Shown: piece after piece, positions 31,919 to 41,419 of the stretch
How positions within the stretch are numbered: position 1 is the stretch's first letter
Layout of the letters: every line of letters starts with the position of its first letter
NCBI GenBank assembly: GCA_021414225.1
Contig: JAIOOX010000004.1
Location: 2,206 to 66,205, forward strand
Direction: 5' to 3'
Length of the DNA stretch: 64,000 nt
Origin: Candidatus Vogelbacteria bacterium
Lineage (GTDB): Bacteria > Patescibacteriota > Minisyncoccia > Phycocordibacterales > XYD1-FULL-46-19
The notes under the pieces: model-generated
Told to the model about the DNA's origin: nothing
The model's database searches: none
What the model saw: only the letters and a program-made list of their open reading frames with translations
Translations under genes and position numbers: made by a program

Positions 31919-32251
31919 CTACTTCTTCGGCTTCTTCTTTTTCGGCTTCGGCTTCGGCTCGGCCGGAGCAACCTCGAGCAAGCAGCCCGAAATGTTGCTC
32001 AATCGGCTAGCCGTCTGGCCACAACCGTCTTCACAGATAAGTTGAAGTTCAACTTTCTGCGGGTGGTTGTTGGCCCGGATCTCGTTGGCGCCGACTAGCC
32101 GTGCACCTGTGACCAGGTACTGCCGACCCTTCTTTCCAACACAACAGTCGCTTTTGAGAGCGTCTGCTGTGAACTGAACCTTCTGGTTCGGTCGGAGAAG
32201 GACCACACCCTTACTTGTCCCCGCCTTCGCTGCTGCCATGACAATACCCAT
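31919..32251 (-). CDS. hypothetical Cys-containing protein with KPKPKKKKPKK tail, on a G+C-richer insert
   Basis: 110-aa ORF. Its base composition is clearly above that of its neighbours. Confidence 0.4.
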   Translation of the reverse strand: MGIVMAAAKAGTSKGVVLLRPNQKVQFTADALKSDCCVGKKGRQYLVTGARLVGANEIRANNHPQKVELQLICEDGCGQTASRLSNISGCLLEVAPAEPKPKPKKKKPKK

Positions 32252-32541
32252 CCTTCTAAAACATTTTGATTACTACCCAATGTAGCAACCCTAGATCCAA
32301 AAATAACTTTACACCTTATTATTATATAGTGTCAAGTAAAAACCTGTTTTTGGCCATATTTAGTAACGCCAAAATAAAAACCACCTTAAGACTTCCATAA
32401 CTTCTCGTACCAGTCCCAAGTAAAATGCATGATCAAAAAAGCCGGAATATAAATCGGTATTAGAATAATAGCCAGAGCAAATTTCGCTTTGGAATCTAAG
32501 TTTTTCACTGCGTTATGAATCTTACCAAAATCTGTTAGAAT

Positions 32542-32994
32542 TTGTCTATGTCTACTTTTGTGCACAATAAAAAAGTGAATTTCAATTATGAAATTACCGA
32601 CACTTTTGATGCTGGTATCGAACTACTGGGTCCCGAGGTTAAATCACTGCGACTAGGTCAGGCTTCTCTTGATGGGGCGCATGTCATTATTCGAGGGGAA
32701 GAAGCCTATTTAGTCGGCGCCACTATCGCCCCTTACCAGCCCGGCAACAAGGACTCCAAGGTTGATCCGACTCGAACCCGCCGACTTCTGTTGTCCAAAA
32801 AAGATATTGCCGAATTGATCGGAACCGGGGCTCGCAAAGGATTGACATTAGTGCCGATTTCAGTGTATAATAAAGGACGTTACATCAAGCTTTCGATCGG
32901 TGTCGCTCGCGGTAAGAAGAAATTTGATAAACGCGAAACACTGAAGAAAAAGGAAGCTACTAGAGATGTAGCCAGATCGTTGAAAGATTTTTAA
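32542..32994 (+). CDS. smpB: SsrA-binding protein
   Basis: 150 aa with a SmpB-like sequence. tmRNA follows immediately. Confidence 0.9.
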   Translation: MSMSTFVHNKKVNFNYEITDTFDAGIELLGPEVKSLRLGQASLDGAHVIIRGEEAYLVGATIAPYQPGNKDSKVDPTRTRRLLLSKKDIAELIGTGARKGLTLVPISVYNKGRYIKLSIGVARGKKKFDKRETLKKKEATRDVARSLKDF

Positions 32995-32997
32995 TAT

Positions 32998-33377
32998 GGG
33001 GATGCCAGTTTAGACGAGAGATTACTGGTGTTCGCGCCAAACGGAGGAGGTTACCTAGCTCCTAAAAAACGGTAACAACCTATGAGTGCAAAAACTGCCT
33101 CAAAAGGAAGTGTGGCTTCGCCATACTCTCCTCTAGCTTTCGCTTTAGCCTAAGCTAGTGCTTGCCCAGATTGTGAGTGGCTGTCTGGACCAAGTATAAT
33201 AGTCGCCAATCTTCGGACTCAAAGTTGTCTTGCTTTGAATCCAAAAACTTAAAGACTCGGCCGGGTGATGCTTTTGTGGCTTTTTGATATCACCTGCTTA
33301 AAAAATTGAAAGGCACTATGTTTGGTAGAAACGCTCATCATACCCTCCCGGACGTGGGTTCAATCCCGCCATCTCCA
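32998..33377 (+). ncRNA. ssrA: tmRNA (SsrA)
   Basis: The 5' GGGGATG pairs with the 3' CATCTCC. The 3' tRNA-like end GGACGTGGGTTCAATCCCGCCATCTCCA resembles the canonical tmRNA terminus. An internal tag ORF ...PLAFALA* stops at 33151-33153. Confidence 0.8.
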
Positions 33378-33665
33378 CAAAAATAAGGAACGCAGTGACT
33401 ATATTTTTGTAGGATGCCGCCAGTTGTGCCTAACTGGCGGCGCCACAAATACTATGGGTATTTTCCCGTCAAAGTTTTTTATTTGGCGGCACCACAAAAA
33501 ATAACCAGTGACTTTTTTGTATAATACCGCTAACCACTTACAGTTATCAGCACCACAAGCAATTACCACCTTCATGGGTGGTTTTGTTTTTTGGGGTTGA
33601 CTTCCCCATCTTAACCAGGCATAAATAATACTGGATCAAGTTGCTAACCATAAGGGAATCGTTCC

Positions 33666-34037
33666 ATGCCAAAACGACGTGTCCGTTTTTTGTTTGCGAT
33701 CTGTGGTTGGAGTGTGAACATTATCACCATTCCACCGAGTGGTGTTGTACTGGAACATTTGCACTGGATCAAGGAGGAAGTCTATATCGGTCTGTCGGGA
33801 GTTGGTAAACTGACAATTGACGGCCGGACTACCAAATTCAGTCTCGGCTCGATTCACCACATCCCCACCGGGACCTCTCACGGGTTAACAACCGAAAAAG
33901 GTGTCAGGTTCCTAACCCTCGAGGGCCCAACTTTACCCAATGACACCATTTTTGGACTAAATGGACCCTACCCACCCCGCCCGCCAAGAAGCCCCGCTTC
34001 TGGTCGGCGGGGTTTTCTTTTTAATCTTAATCATTGA
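33666..34037 (+). CDS. cupin-domain protein, on a G+C-rich insert
   Basis: Cupin motifs EHLHWIKEEVYIGLSG and GSIHHIPTGTSHGL. Confidence 0.55.
   Translation: MPKRRVRFLFAICGWSVNIITIPPSGVVLEHLHWIKEEVYIGLSGVGKLTIDGRTTKFSLGSIHHIPTGTSHGLTTEKGVRFLTLEGPTLPNDTIFGLNGPYPPRPPRSPASGRRGFLFNLNH
33990..34023 (+). terminator. intrinsic terminator after the cupin gene
   Basis: gccccgcttctggtcggcggggttttcttttt. Confidence 0.6.
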
Positions 34038-34133
34038 CACAAATAGAAATTTATTGCAGTAATATGACCAGCATAACTAGGTGTTCTAGTTATTTTTGGA
34101 TATAGGTCTTCACAACATAGGAACCAAAGGGAG

Positions 34134-34646
34134 GTGAAAGAAATGGAAAAACATTTCAAGCCATGGCCCAACGCCACCACACAACTACTGTGGGAAATCT
34201 GTCTGGTGCACATCCAGGAGACTGATCCTTTGCCGCTCAACGGCCGGAAAATCCGGCGCCGGGCGGGGCAAATATTCAGCTGGATACGGAAGTTCGACGA
34301 CCAGACCAGTCTTCAAACCTTGATCCTGATCCTGGTTGAAGGACTGAAGGTGGTAGTCGATCGGTGCACCAACGAGGCTCTCAACCTCGATTACCGCCCA
34401 GCCCCCAAACCGATCCCCGAGTCGCTCCAGTCGATCATGCCTGATGAGAGGCTATGGGAAATTTTGTGGCTGATGATGGCTTACAAAATTACCAACACCC
34501 CTATCCTCTGGGGAGACGAAGGTATCAAGGTCATCGCCACCAACCTGACCAACCAACTCACCAGCAATGGTATGCCGGTGAACGAAGATCACACCATCAA
34601 CGTGATCCGAGAACTGTTGGGTCAAGTGGTGACCCAACCTCGCTAA
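34134..34646 (+). CDS. hypothetical protein, G+C-rich
   Basis: 170-aa ORF. A hairpin plus T-run terminator lies at 34751-34785. Confidence 0.4.
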   Translation: MKEMEKHFKPWPNATTQLLWEICLVHIQETDPLPLNGRKIRRRAGQIFSWIRKFDDQTSLQTLILILVEGLKVVVDRCTNEALNLDYRPAPKPIPESLQSIMPDERLWEILWLMMAYKITNTPILWGDEGIKVIATNLTNQLTSNGMPVNEDHTINVIRELLGQVVTQPR

Positions 34647-34889
34647 CATCCCAATCATGGGTGTCCCCTTGATTGGGGCCTAAACGGTAATTCGACCTCC
34701 CGGCTCACGCCGACTTGGTCGAGGATAAGAACGTTCCCTATGATTCACTGCCGGTCGAAGCGCAAGCGCTTCGGCCGGTTTTTCCTTTCCTTAAAAACTT
34801 GACCAAAAATAAATAGCATGTAATAGTATCGTCTGGAGATTCTGGGAAATAGTTCCTGGAATAACGTTTACCTAGAGAGGTTTTCGCAC

Positions 34890-35081
34890 ATGCATAGCAA
34901 CGGTATTGTCGGGGTTAAAGCTAACGGTTTCCAGGCGGGAGACCGGGTGACCCAAAAAGGTGGCGAGAGTGCCTTTGAGGTGCTTACCGCCGTAAGCAAA
35001 GAGGGTAACAAAGTTGCCCTCAAGTCGCTGACCGGCAGCCTCGCGTTCGTGGAGCTGGCCGAGAACTTGGTTCTCGCGTAA
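34890..35081 (+). CDS. small hypothetical protein
   Basis: 63 aa. Preceded by the sigma70-like promoter ttgacc-17-taatag and an AGAGAGG RBS. Followed directly by a terminator at 35101-35138. Confidence 0.4.
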   Translation: MHSNGIVGVKANGFQAGDRVTQKGGESAFEVLTAVSKEGNKVALKSLTGSLAFVELAENLVLA

Positions 35082-35100
35082 CCCAAAACGTTTTTATACA

Positions 35101-35138
35101 CCTCCCCGAGCCACCAGGCCCGGGGAGGATTCTTTTTT
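35101..35138 (+). terminator. intrinsic terminator
   Basis: cctccccgagccaccaggcccggggagg followed by ttctttttt. Confidence 0.6.
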
Positions 35139-35312
35139 ATAAAGAAGCCAAGGGTTTGACCCCGTAGTAGATTTTGGTATTGGTCATAGACCCACTCCGC
35201 CTGTCAGGACGGAGTGATAACAAAATTCACTACCGGGTTTGACTTTTCTCCCAATTTCCCTTACTATTGTTGGGTACAGCCGTCGAATAGACGGTATTAA
35301 TTTACAAGGTTT

Positions 35313-35876
35313 TTGAATAAATACATACGCATCAATAATCAGATAACCGCCAAAGAACTCCGAGTAATAGATGACGAAGGAGGTAATTTGGGAGTTATTT
35401 CGAAAGAAGAAGCTTTGAAAGTCGCTCAGGAGCGAGAAGTGGATTTGATAGAAATATCACCAGCCGCCAATCCCCCAGTAGCTAAACTCATGGACTTCGG
35501 TAAGTGGCAATATCTAGAAAATCGTAAAGATAAACTAGCTAAAGCCAAAAGCCATATTATTGAAACAAAATCCTTGCAGATTAAAATCGGTACCGGTGAG
35601 CACGATCTAGGCTTGAAAGCCAAAAAAACAGGTGAATTCTTAGCTGAAGGTCACCGGGTCAAGATTGAACTATTCTTACCAGGTCGGTCCAAATTTTTGG
35701 AAAAAACCTTCCTAGGTGATAGATTAGAGAGAATCCTAAGACTAATTCCTATCGATTACAAAGTAGCCGAAGGACCAAAACAAGGACCAAAGGGTATTTA
35801 TGTGATCGTCGAGAAAGGTTCAGCCAAAGCCAAAGAAGAAGAAACAATCCAAACAACCAATCATGAAAACCAATAA
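35313..35876 (+). CDS. infC: translation initiation factor IF-3
   Basis: IF3 N- and C-domain sequence. infC-rpmI-rplT synteny. The true start may be an upstream non-ATG codon. Confidence 0.85.
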   Translation: MNKYIRINNQITAKELRVIDDEGGNLGVISKEEALKVAQEREVDLIEISPAANPPVAKLMDFGKWQYLENRKDKLAKAKSHIIETKSLQIKIGTGEHDLGLKAKKTGEFLAEGHRVKIELFLPGRSKFLEKTFLGDRLERILRLIPIDYKVAEGPKQGPKGIYVIVEKGSAKAKEEETIQTTNHENQ

Positions 35877-36048
35877 ATCATACTCTAAGCGTCTACGAGT
35901 AACCAAAACTGGGAAAATTTTGGCTCGTAAAGCTGGTAAAAACCATTTTAATGCTAAGGCTTCCCGTTCTTCTCAGTTGACTGGCAAACGCATGACCCAA
36001 ATCGTCATGACTAATAAAAGCGCTTCCCGCTTCTTGTCAGGTTTATAA
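35863..36048 (+). CDS. rpmI: 50S ribosomal protein L35
   Basis: 61 aa, Lys/Arg-rich. Overlaps the infC stop and precedes rplT. Confidence 0.75.
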   Translation: MKTNKSYSKRLRVTKTGKILARKAGKNHFNAKASRSSQLTGKRMTQIVMTNKSASRFLSGL

Positions 36049-36072
36049 TAATAAGCTAGTAATACATACACC

Positions 36073-36420
36073 ATGCCACGCGTAAAACGAGGAACAATAT
36101 CAATGAAGCGACGACGCAATGTCCTTAAACAGGTCAAAGGCTTTCGTTTTGGTCGCAGTACTAAGGAACGATCAGCTATTGACGCTATCCTCCACGCTGG
36201 CCGCAGTGCTTATGGTCACCGCCGTGACAAGAAAGGAGATTTCCGTCGTCTTTGGAACATCAAGATCGGCGCAGCTCTCTCCCCGTTTGATCTTTCCTAC
36301 AGTAAATTCATTGGTATGTTAAAAACCAAAAACATCGAATTAGACCGAAAAGTAATGGCTCAAATTGCTGAAACCGAACCAGAATCATTCGCTCGACTAG
36401 TAGAACAAGTTAAAGCCTAA
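36073..36420 (+). CDS. rplT: 50S ribosomal protein L20
   Basis: MPRVKRG...RRR N-terminus typical of L20. Confidence 0.9.
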   Translation: MPRVKRGTISMKRRRNVLKQVKGFRFGRSTKERSAIDAILHAGRSAYGHRRDKKGDFRRLWNIKIGAALSPFDLSYSKFIGMLKTKNIELDRKVMAQIAETEPESFARLVEQVKA

Positions 36421-36430
36421 ATTTAAACTA

Positions 36431-36458
36431 AAAAACTCCCCAAACCGGGGAGTTTTTT
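36431..36458 (+). terminator. intrinsic terminator after rplT
   Basis: aaaaactccccaaaccggggagtttttt. Confidence 0.7.
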
Positions 36459-36474
36459 AGTTGCTTCAAAAAGA

Positions 36475-37845
36475 CTACAGATCAAGAGTCACAATGTCAC
36501 CCTCTTTTGGTACGGTAGCATTAATCCCAAAAGTATCGTGTAAGCGCTGAGCTAAGAAAGAAGCCGACTTAGGTTCACCCATGGCAACGAATACTTGTTT
36601 GAGGGTTTTGGTGGTAGTGGATACAAAATCAACCAACCCATCACCGTCCTTATGACCAGAATAACCAGTAATTAAAATCACCCTACCATTAACAGGAACA
36701 TCTTCACCGAGGATTCTAATACTCTTGGCTCCCTCTTGAATCACCCGACCCAAACTACCTGAAGCTTGATACCCGGCAATAACTAAGGAACTATTTGGAT
36801 CTGGTAAATAAAGTTTTTCATGATGCAAAATACGACCACCATTGGACATACCCGAGCCAGCCAAGATTATCTTCCGAGCGCCAGCATAACGAATCGCTTT
36901 AGATTCATCTGTTGATTTGGTCATATGGAGTTGCGGGAAGTGAAATAAACCATCCCCCTCTCTCATAACCTGACGAGCGTCTTTGTTAAAATAGCTTTGA
37001 TACTTCTTATAAATAGCGGTTACCTCGATCGCCAGTGGTGAATCTAAAAACACTGGCACTAAAGGAATTTCTGAATTTTCCATCATATTTTCGATCTCAA
37101 ACAAAAACTCCTGAGTTCTCTCAATCGAAAAAGCCGGGATCATGACCGTTCCACCATTAGCTAAAGTATCTTTAATGGCTGCCCGTAGCTTTTGACTTCG
37201 TTCGTCTCGGCCTTCATGGTTGCGATCACCATAAACACTTTCCATCACCATGTAATCAATGTCGGTGATAACTTCAGGATCAGGCAATAGAGGGGTTGGT
37301 GAATTTCCTAAGTCGCCAGTAAACATTATTTTCTTGCCATTATAAGTAAACTCTACCATCGCTGAACCTAACACGTGCCCAGAGTCGCGCATAACGGCTT
37401 GAAATTTGCCAACTGTAATTGGTTCATGATATTTAGCGGTTTGCCATAAACCCATGGCTTGTCTGACATCGTCTTGATCGTAAAGTGGTGGAACATTATC
37501 ACCTCGGGCTTCCTTTTCCATTACTCCCATACTATCGATTAAGGACACTGCTGAAATATCTTTAGTTGGTGGAGTAGAATAGATCACACCAGTAAAACCA
37601 TCTTTGACCAACTTAGGAATTCGACCAATATGATCCAAGTGAGCATGAGTCACAAACAAAACGTCTATTTTGGTGGGATCAAAATCAAACTTCTCACGAT
37701 TGTTGTCTTCTGACACTTTAGTCCCCTGAAAAAGACCACAGTCGATCAAAATATTTTTCTCTCCGTCAGAAATCAAAAAATTGGAACCGGTCACACTTTC
37801 GGCTCCACCTAAAAATTTAATAGTTACTTGATTAGTCATGGCCAC
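36475..37845 (-). CDS. MBL-fold beta-CASP hydrolase (RNase J / CPSF73-like)
   Basis: HAHLDHIG motif. Distal Asp/His motifs of beta-CASP. 456 aa. Confidence 0.6.
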   Translation of the reverse strand: MAMTNQVTIKFLGGAESVTGSNFLISDGEKNILIDCGLFQGTKVSEDNNREKFDFDPTKIDVLFVTHAHLDHIGRIPKLVKDGFTGVIYSTPPTKDISAVSLIDSMGVMEKEARGDNVPPLYDQDDVRQAMGLWQTAKYHEPITVGKFQAVMRDSGHVLGSAMVEFTYNGKKIMFTGDLGNSPTPLLPDPEVITDIDYMVMESVYGDRNHEGRDERSQKLRAAIKDTLANGGTVMIPAFSIERTQEFLFEIENMMENSEIPLVPVFLDSPLAIEVTAIYKKYQSYFNKDARQVMREGDGLFHFPQLHMTKSTDESKAIRYAGARKIILAGSGMSNGGRILHHEKLYLPDPNSSLVIAGYQASGSLGRVIQEGAKSIRILGEDVPVNGRVILITGYSGHKDGDGLVDFVSTTTKTLKQVFVAMGEPKSASFLAQRLHDTFGINATVPKEGDIVTLDL

Positions 37846-38319
37846 ATTGTAACGTAAATTAACCTTCTCTCAAAACTGTTCGACAGACTCGACAAGCTCA
37901 CTGCAAGCTAGCTCACAATAAACCTTTCGACCAGCTCAAGCTAAACAAAAACCGCCCAAAGGCGGTTGTTGTTTAGGCAACTAGGATAATTACCAGGGTA
38001 TTTCTACGTGGGTGTCCGCAACATCAGACCAAGGTCTAACGCAATTGAGACTCCCTGATAATATTAATCTGGATAATCCTAGGAACCTCTGCTTATTATA
38101 ATCCTCCTTTTTGGGTATGCAATACAAAATCACTAACGTAATACAAAAAAATAATTCAGTAAATAACACTTCCAGAAAAAGCATACTGCGTAAAGGTATT
38201 TAATGGAACAAAACGAAACATATCTCGCAAAGGGGGTTTGCGGAGTGACGACGACACAACTTCAGGATTTTTTAAGCTTCAAAAAATCCGTACCCTTTGC
38301 GAGATGATGTTGAGTGAAT

Positions 38320-38892
38320 CTAAAACCGTTTGTATTGAAAAATAGTATCGTTACCAAACCAGTGTTTTATTTCATGTTCAGCTTCTTGTTGATTTTCCGA
38401 AGCGTGAACCAAATTCATCATCACCCGATGTTCACGATTAGCGATTAGAGGAGAATCAACCGAAAAATCGCCCCGGATTGTTCCCAGTTCTGCCAGATAA
38501 GGTGAAGACGGGCCAACTATTTTACGCACCATATCGATCGCATGAGTTCCTTCTATTACCATTTTTACTAGTGGAGCGGAAGTCATATACTCTACCAGCC
38601 ACTGACGGATATTTTGACCGATCTGTAAATTATCATCTGTCCCATATTCAGCCTGAGGGTCAATACCGTATTTTTCTAAGTTGGCTAAAGTTTTAGTGCC
38701 GAGCCGAGCAATCCAAGCCTCATCTTTAGGATAATGACCGTCGATCTGCTCGTAAGTTGGCTGAAACATATCCATCGCGACCACCTTTAGGTCGCGTTGT
38801 TCAAACCTCTTTATAATCTCCCCAATCAAACCTTTACGCACCCCATCAGGCTTGACCATGACAAATGTTTTTTCTTCTTTGGTATTAAACAT
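38320..38892 (-). CDS. ndk: nucleoside diphosphate kinase (with N/C extensions)
   Basis: KTFVMVKPDGVRKGLIGEIIKRFE and an NLVHASE active-site His region. Confidence 0.8.
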   Translation of the reverse strand: MFNTKEEKTFVMVKPDGVRKGLIGEIIKRFEQRDLKVVAMDMFQPTYEQIDGHYPKDEAWIARLGTKTLANLEKYGIDPQAEYGTDDNLQIGQNIRQWLVEYMTSAPLVKMVIEGTHAIDMVRKIVGPSSPYLAELGTIRGDFSVDSPLIANREHRVMMNLVHASENQQEAEHEIKHWFGNDTIFQYKRF

Positions 38893-38902
38893 AATGATTG
38901 GA

Positions 38903-39667
38903 TTATAACGCTGTTAAAATAATCGGACCACTATCAGTCACCGCAATCGTGTGTTCAAAATGAGCACTGAGTGTTCCATCAGCTGATACAAAAGTATACT
39001 CATCGTCCAAGAGGTCAGTCTCTTTGGTGCCTAAGGTAATCATCGGCTCAATCGCTATAACCATTCCCGCTTTTAACTTCTCACCAGTACCAGCTTGGCC
39101 AAAATTGGGAATTTGTGGATCTTCATGAACTCCATAACCAACCCCATGGCCAGCTAAATCTTCAATAATTCCATAACCAAAAGGTTTAATATACTGCTCA
39201 ATTGCAAAGCCAATATCACCCACTGTTTTCCCCACCACCGCTTGAGCGATAGCTAGATCGAGGGCTTTTTTAGTTTGACTGATCAAATTTTGAACCTCCT
39301 CCGACACTTCACCAACAGCCAAAGTAATCGCCGAATCCGTAAATAACCCAGCGTGAACCAAACCTAGATCTAGAGTCACCACGTCTCCCTCTTTGATCTC
39401 ATATTGACTAGGAATACCATGAACGATCTCATCGTTCACCGATACACATAAAGCCGCTGGATAGGCCAATCTAGCCCCTTTGGGGCGATAATTGAGGAAG
39501 GCTGGACTGTCACCGTATTCTTTAATTAAACGCCTAGCTTCATCGTCCAAATCCCTAGTTTTGACCCCTGGTTTAACCTGAGTCGCTAAAGTAGTCAAAA
39601 TAGAGGCCAATCGCTTGCCTCCTTCTCGTAAAATCTGAATTTCTTCTTTGGTTTTTAGTTTAATCAT
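38903..39667 (-). CDS. map: methionine aminopeptidase type I
   Basis: Metal ligands in DVVTLDLG...HG...E...E context. 254 aa. Confidence 0.9.
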   Translation of the reverse strand: MIKLKTKEEIQILREGGKRLASILTTLATQVKPGVKTRDLDDEARRLIKEYGDSPAFLNYRPKGARLAYPAALCVSVNDEIVHGIPSQYEIKEGDVVTLDLGLVHAGLFTDSAITLAVGEVSEEVQNLISQTKKALDLAIAQAVVGKTVGDIGFAIEQYIKPFGYGIIEDLAGHGVGYGVHEDPQIPNFGQAGTGEKLKAGMVIAIEPMITLGTKETDLLDDEYTFVSADGTLSAHFEHTIAVTDSGPIILTAL

Positions 39668-40248
39668 AAATTAGCCAACAGTTCACTATGAATCTCTTCG
39701 ATAGTCTTGAGCCCATCAAGTTCTATAAACCTATGTTTATCATGATTACGATAAAATTCAATAGTTGGAGAAACGTCGTGGTCAAACCAATCCAATCGCT
39801 TCTCTATTTCATCAGAACTGCGATCGTCATCACGACCCCTAGCCAATAGACGCCTTTTAGCTTCCTCGCGAGTGATATTAAGGTGAACCACCACCACATT
39901 TTGCCGATCATAAAAATTGAGAGCTGAATCAAGGGCTTTGGCTTCAGCTAATGCCCGTGGAGTACCATCAAAGATTAGATGTTCAGTTCCAGTGAAAGAT
40001 TCAATCAACACATTAGCCCACATCCACACAGCCAAAAAATCTGGTTGACGGACACCAGTAGACATCACCGCTTTAGATAATTGACTAGAGTGTGAATCAC
40101 CTTTAATAAAATTCCTAAATCCATCACCGGTTTCTACTAGAAAAATTGGTGACTGATCTTGGGTGGTTAGGTAATCTTTCAGTAAACCAGCCTGGGTCCC
40201 CTTACCACAACCAGACCGCCCAATAAAAATAAAAGTTTTTAAATCCAT
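39664..40248 (-). CDS. adk: adenylate kinase
   Basis: P-loop GRSGCGKGTQA. The ATG at 40248 is preferred. It lies 2 nt after the stop of the upstream pilin gene. Confidence 0.8.
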   Translation of the reverse strand: MDLKTFIFIGRSGCGKGTQAGLLKDYLTTQDQSPIFLVETGDGFRNFIKGDSHSSQLSKAVMSTGVRQPDFLAVWMWANVLIESFTGTEHLIFDGTPRALAEAKALDSALNFYDRQNVVVVHLNITREEAKRRLLARGRDDDRSSDEIEKRLDWFDHDVSPTIEFYRNHDKHRFIELDGLKTIEEIHSELLANL

Positions 40249-40255
40249 ATAATTA

Positions 40256-40723
40256 CTAATTTCCAAGGGGAACAACATTGGATGTACAAATCCTATCATA
40301 ACCAGTATTTTGATCATCAATAACTCCAGTCCCTCGAAAATCATTATACCAACACTTTCCAGGCTGCGACTCTAAAGGAAACTCAAAAATAAAACAACTA
40401 GGATCTGAACTGACAGATCCAGGACAAATTGGAGTATAAATACCCTCAATAGCCGGAGTGCCAGCTGGGGGCGGTTTTAAATATTGATTGATTAAATCAT
40501 CATCACCGTCAGTCCCTTTAACAGGATCCCCCGGATAATAACTCCTATCGTTAAAAAATAATTCAAAACCTCTTCTATATTCGGCTGCATATTGAATACG
40601 AGCACTGTCACGCGCTTTGGCACGTGCACCACCAAGAGAAGTAAGTACCACCGAACTCAAGATGCTAATAATCGCAATGACTACCAATAGTTCTATTAAT
40701 GTAAAACCTACTTGTTGTTTCAT
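40256..40723 (-). CDS. type IV pilin
   Basis: MKQQVGFTLIELLVVIAIISILSSVVL. Confidence 0.75.
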   Translation of the reverse strand: MKQQVGFTLIELLVVIAIISILSSVVLTSLGGARAKARDSARIQYAAEYRRGFELFFNDRSYYPGDPVKGTDGDDDLINQYLKPPPAGTPAIEGIYTPICPGSVSSDPSCFIFEFPLESQPGKCWYNDFRGTGVIDDQNTGYDRICTSNVVPLGN

Positions 40724-40730
40724 AAAAAAA

Positions 40731-41204
40731 TTAATTATTAAGAACAGTACAGCCTAAAACTTCTTCTCCGTTTTCATCAACTCTTTCCCCCTTACCTCTA
40801 GTATCATCATACCAACAATAACCTGGTTTAGAGTTTAACTCAATCTCAGCGATATAGCACTGACCAGTCGGCTCACAGTCGTGGGTAGTAAATGCCATTT
40901 TAAAACGATTATCATCGAAAGCGCCTCCATTATTCAAATTACAGTTCCGAGCAAATCTACCCAACTCAGCCAAAGCGGCTGCCAAAGTTCCAGCCCCAGG
41001 GACATCATTACCAATATAACGATTATTGTCCAACATAAAAGCTTGATTACAAACACTAAACTGTCTCAAGACATCAACATTTCTAGAATCAAGGGCTTTC
41101 AATTTGGCCTGATTAAGGCTAGCTAATACAATACTAGATAATAAGGCAATAATGGCTATTACCACCAACAATTCAATAAGGGTAAAACCAGAACGTTTTA
41201 CCAT
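40731..41204 (-). CDS. type IV pilin
   Basis: MVKRSGFTLIELLVVIAIIALLSSIVL. Confidence 0.75.
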   Translation of the reverse strand: MVKRSGFTLIELLVVIAIIALLSSIVLASLNQAKLKALDSRNVDVLRQFSVCNQAFMLDNNRYIGNDVPGAGTLAAALAELGRFARNCNLNNGGAFDDNRFKMAFTTHDCEPTGQCYIAEIELNSKPGYCWYDDTRGKGERVDENGEEVLGCTVLNN

Positions 41205-41407
41205 ATAAATGGGATAACTATAGCCAGAGTAATTAAGACTAAAGAAATTACCACTAAGACAACATTAGCCTGCTTTGGACTACTGGCCCAACCTTTTTTA
41301 ATCAGAAAACCAGCCAAACCCCCAAGGGCTACAGCTGGTCGACTAACAATTAAATTATCAGGTTGGTCAGAGTTATATAAAATTGGATCTGAACTCATAC
41401 CCTCCAT
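41198..41407 (-). CDS. small membrane protein
   Basis: 69 aa with a C-terminal TM helix. Lies between secY and the pilin genes. Confidence 0.3.
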   Translation of the reverse strand: MEGMSSDPILYNSDQPDNLIVSRPAVALGGLAGFLIKKGWASSPKQANVVLVVISLVLITLAIVIPFIW

Positions 41408-41419
41408 TATAACACAGGT

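Noticed and set aside
32095-32280. 61-aa minus-strand ORF
   Set aside because: It is an alternative frame overlapping the 110-aa ORF 31919-32251 on the same G+C-rich insert. The longer frame is preferred.
33322-33504. 60-aa ORF
   Set aside because: It lies inside or overlaps the 3' end of the tmRNA gene.
33378-35300. Integrase, transposase or att duplication for the post-ssrA island
   Set aside because: No recombinase ORF was found, and I could find no copy of the ssrA 3' end downstream. The island call rests on composition and position only.
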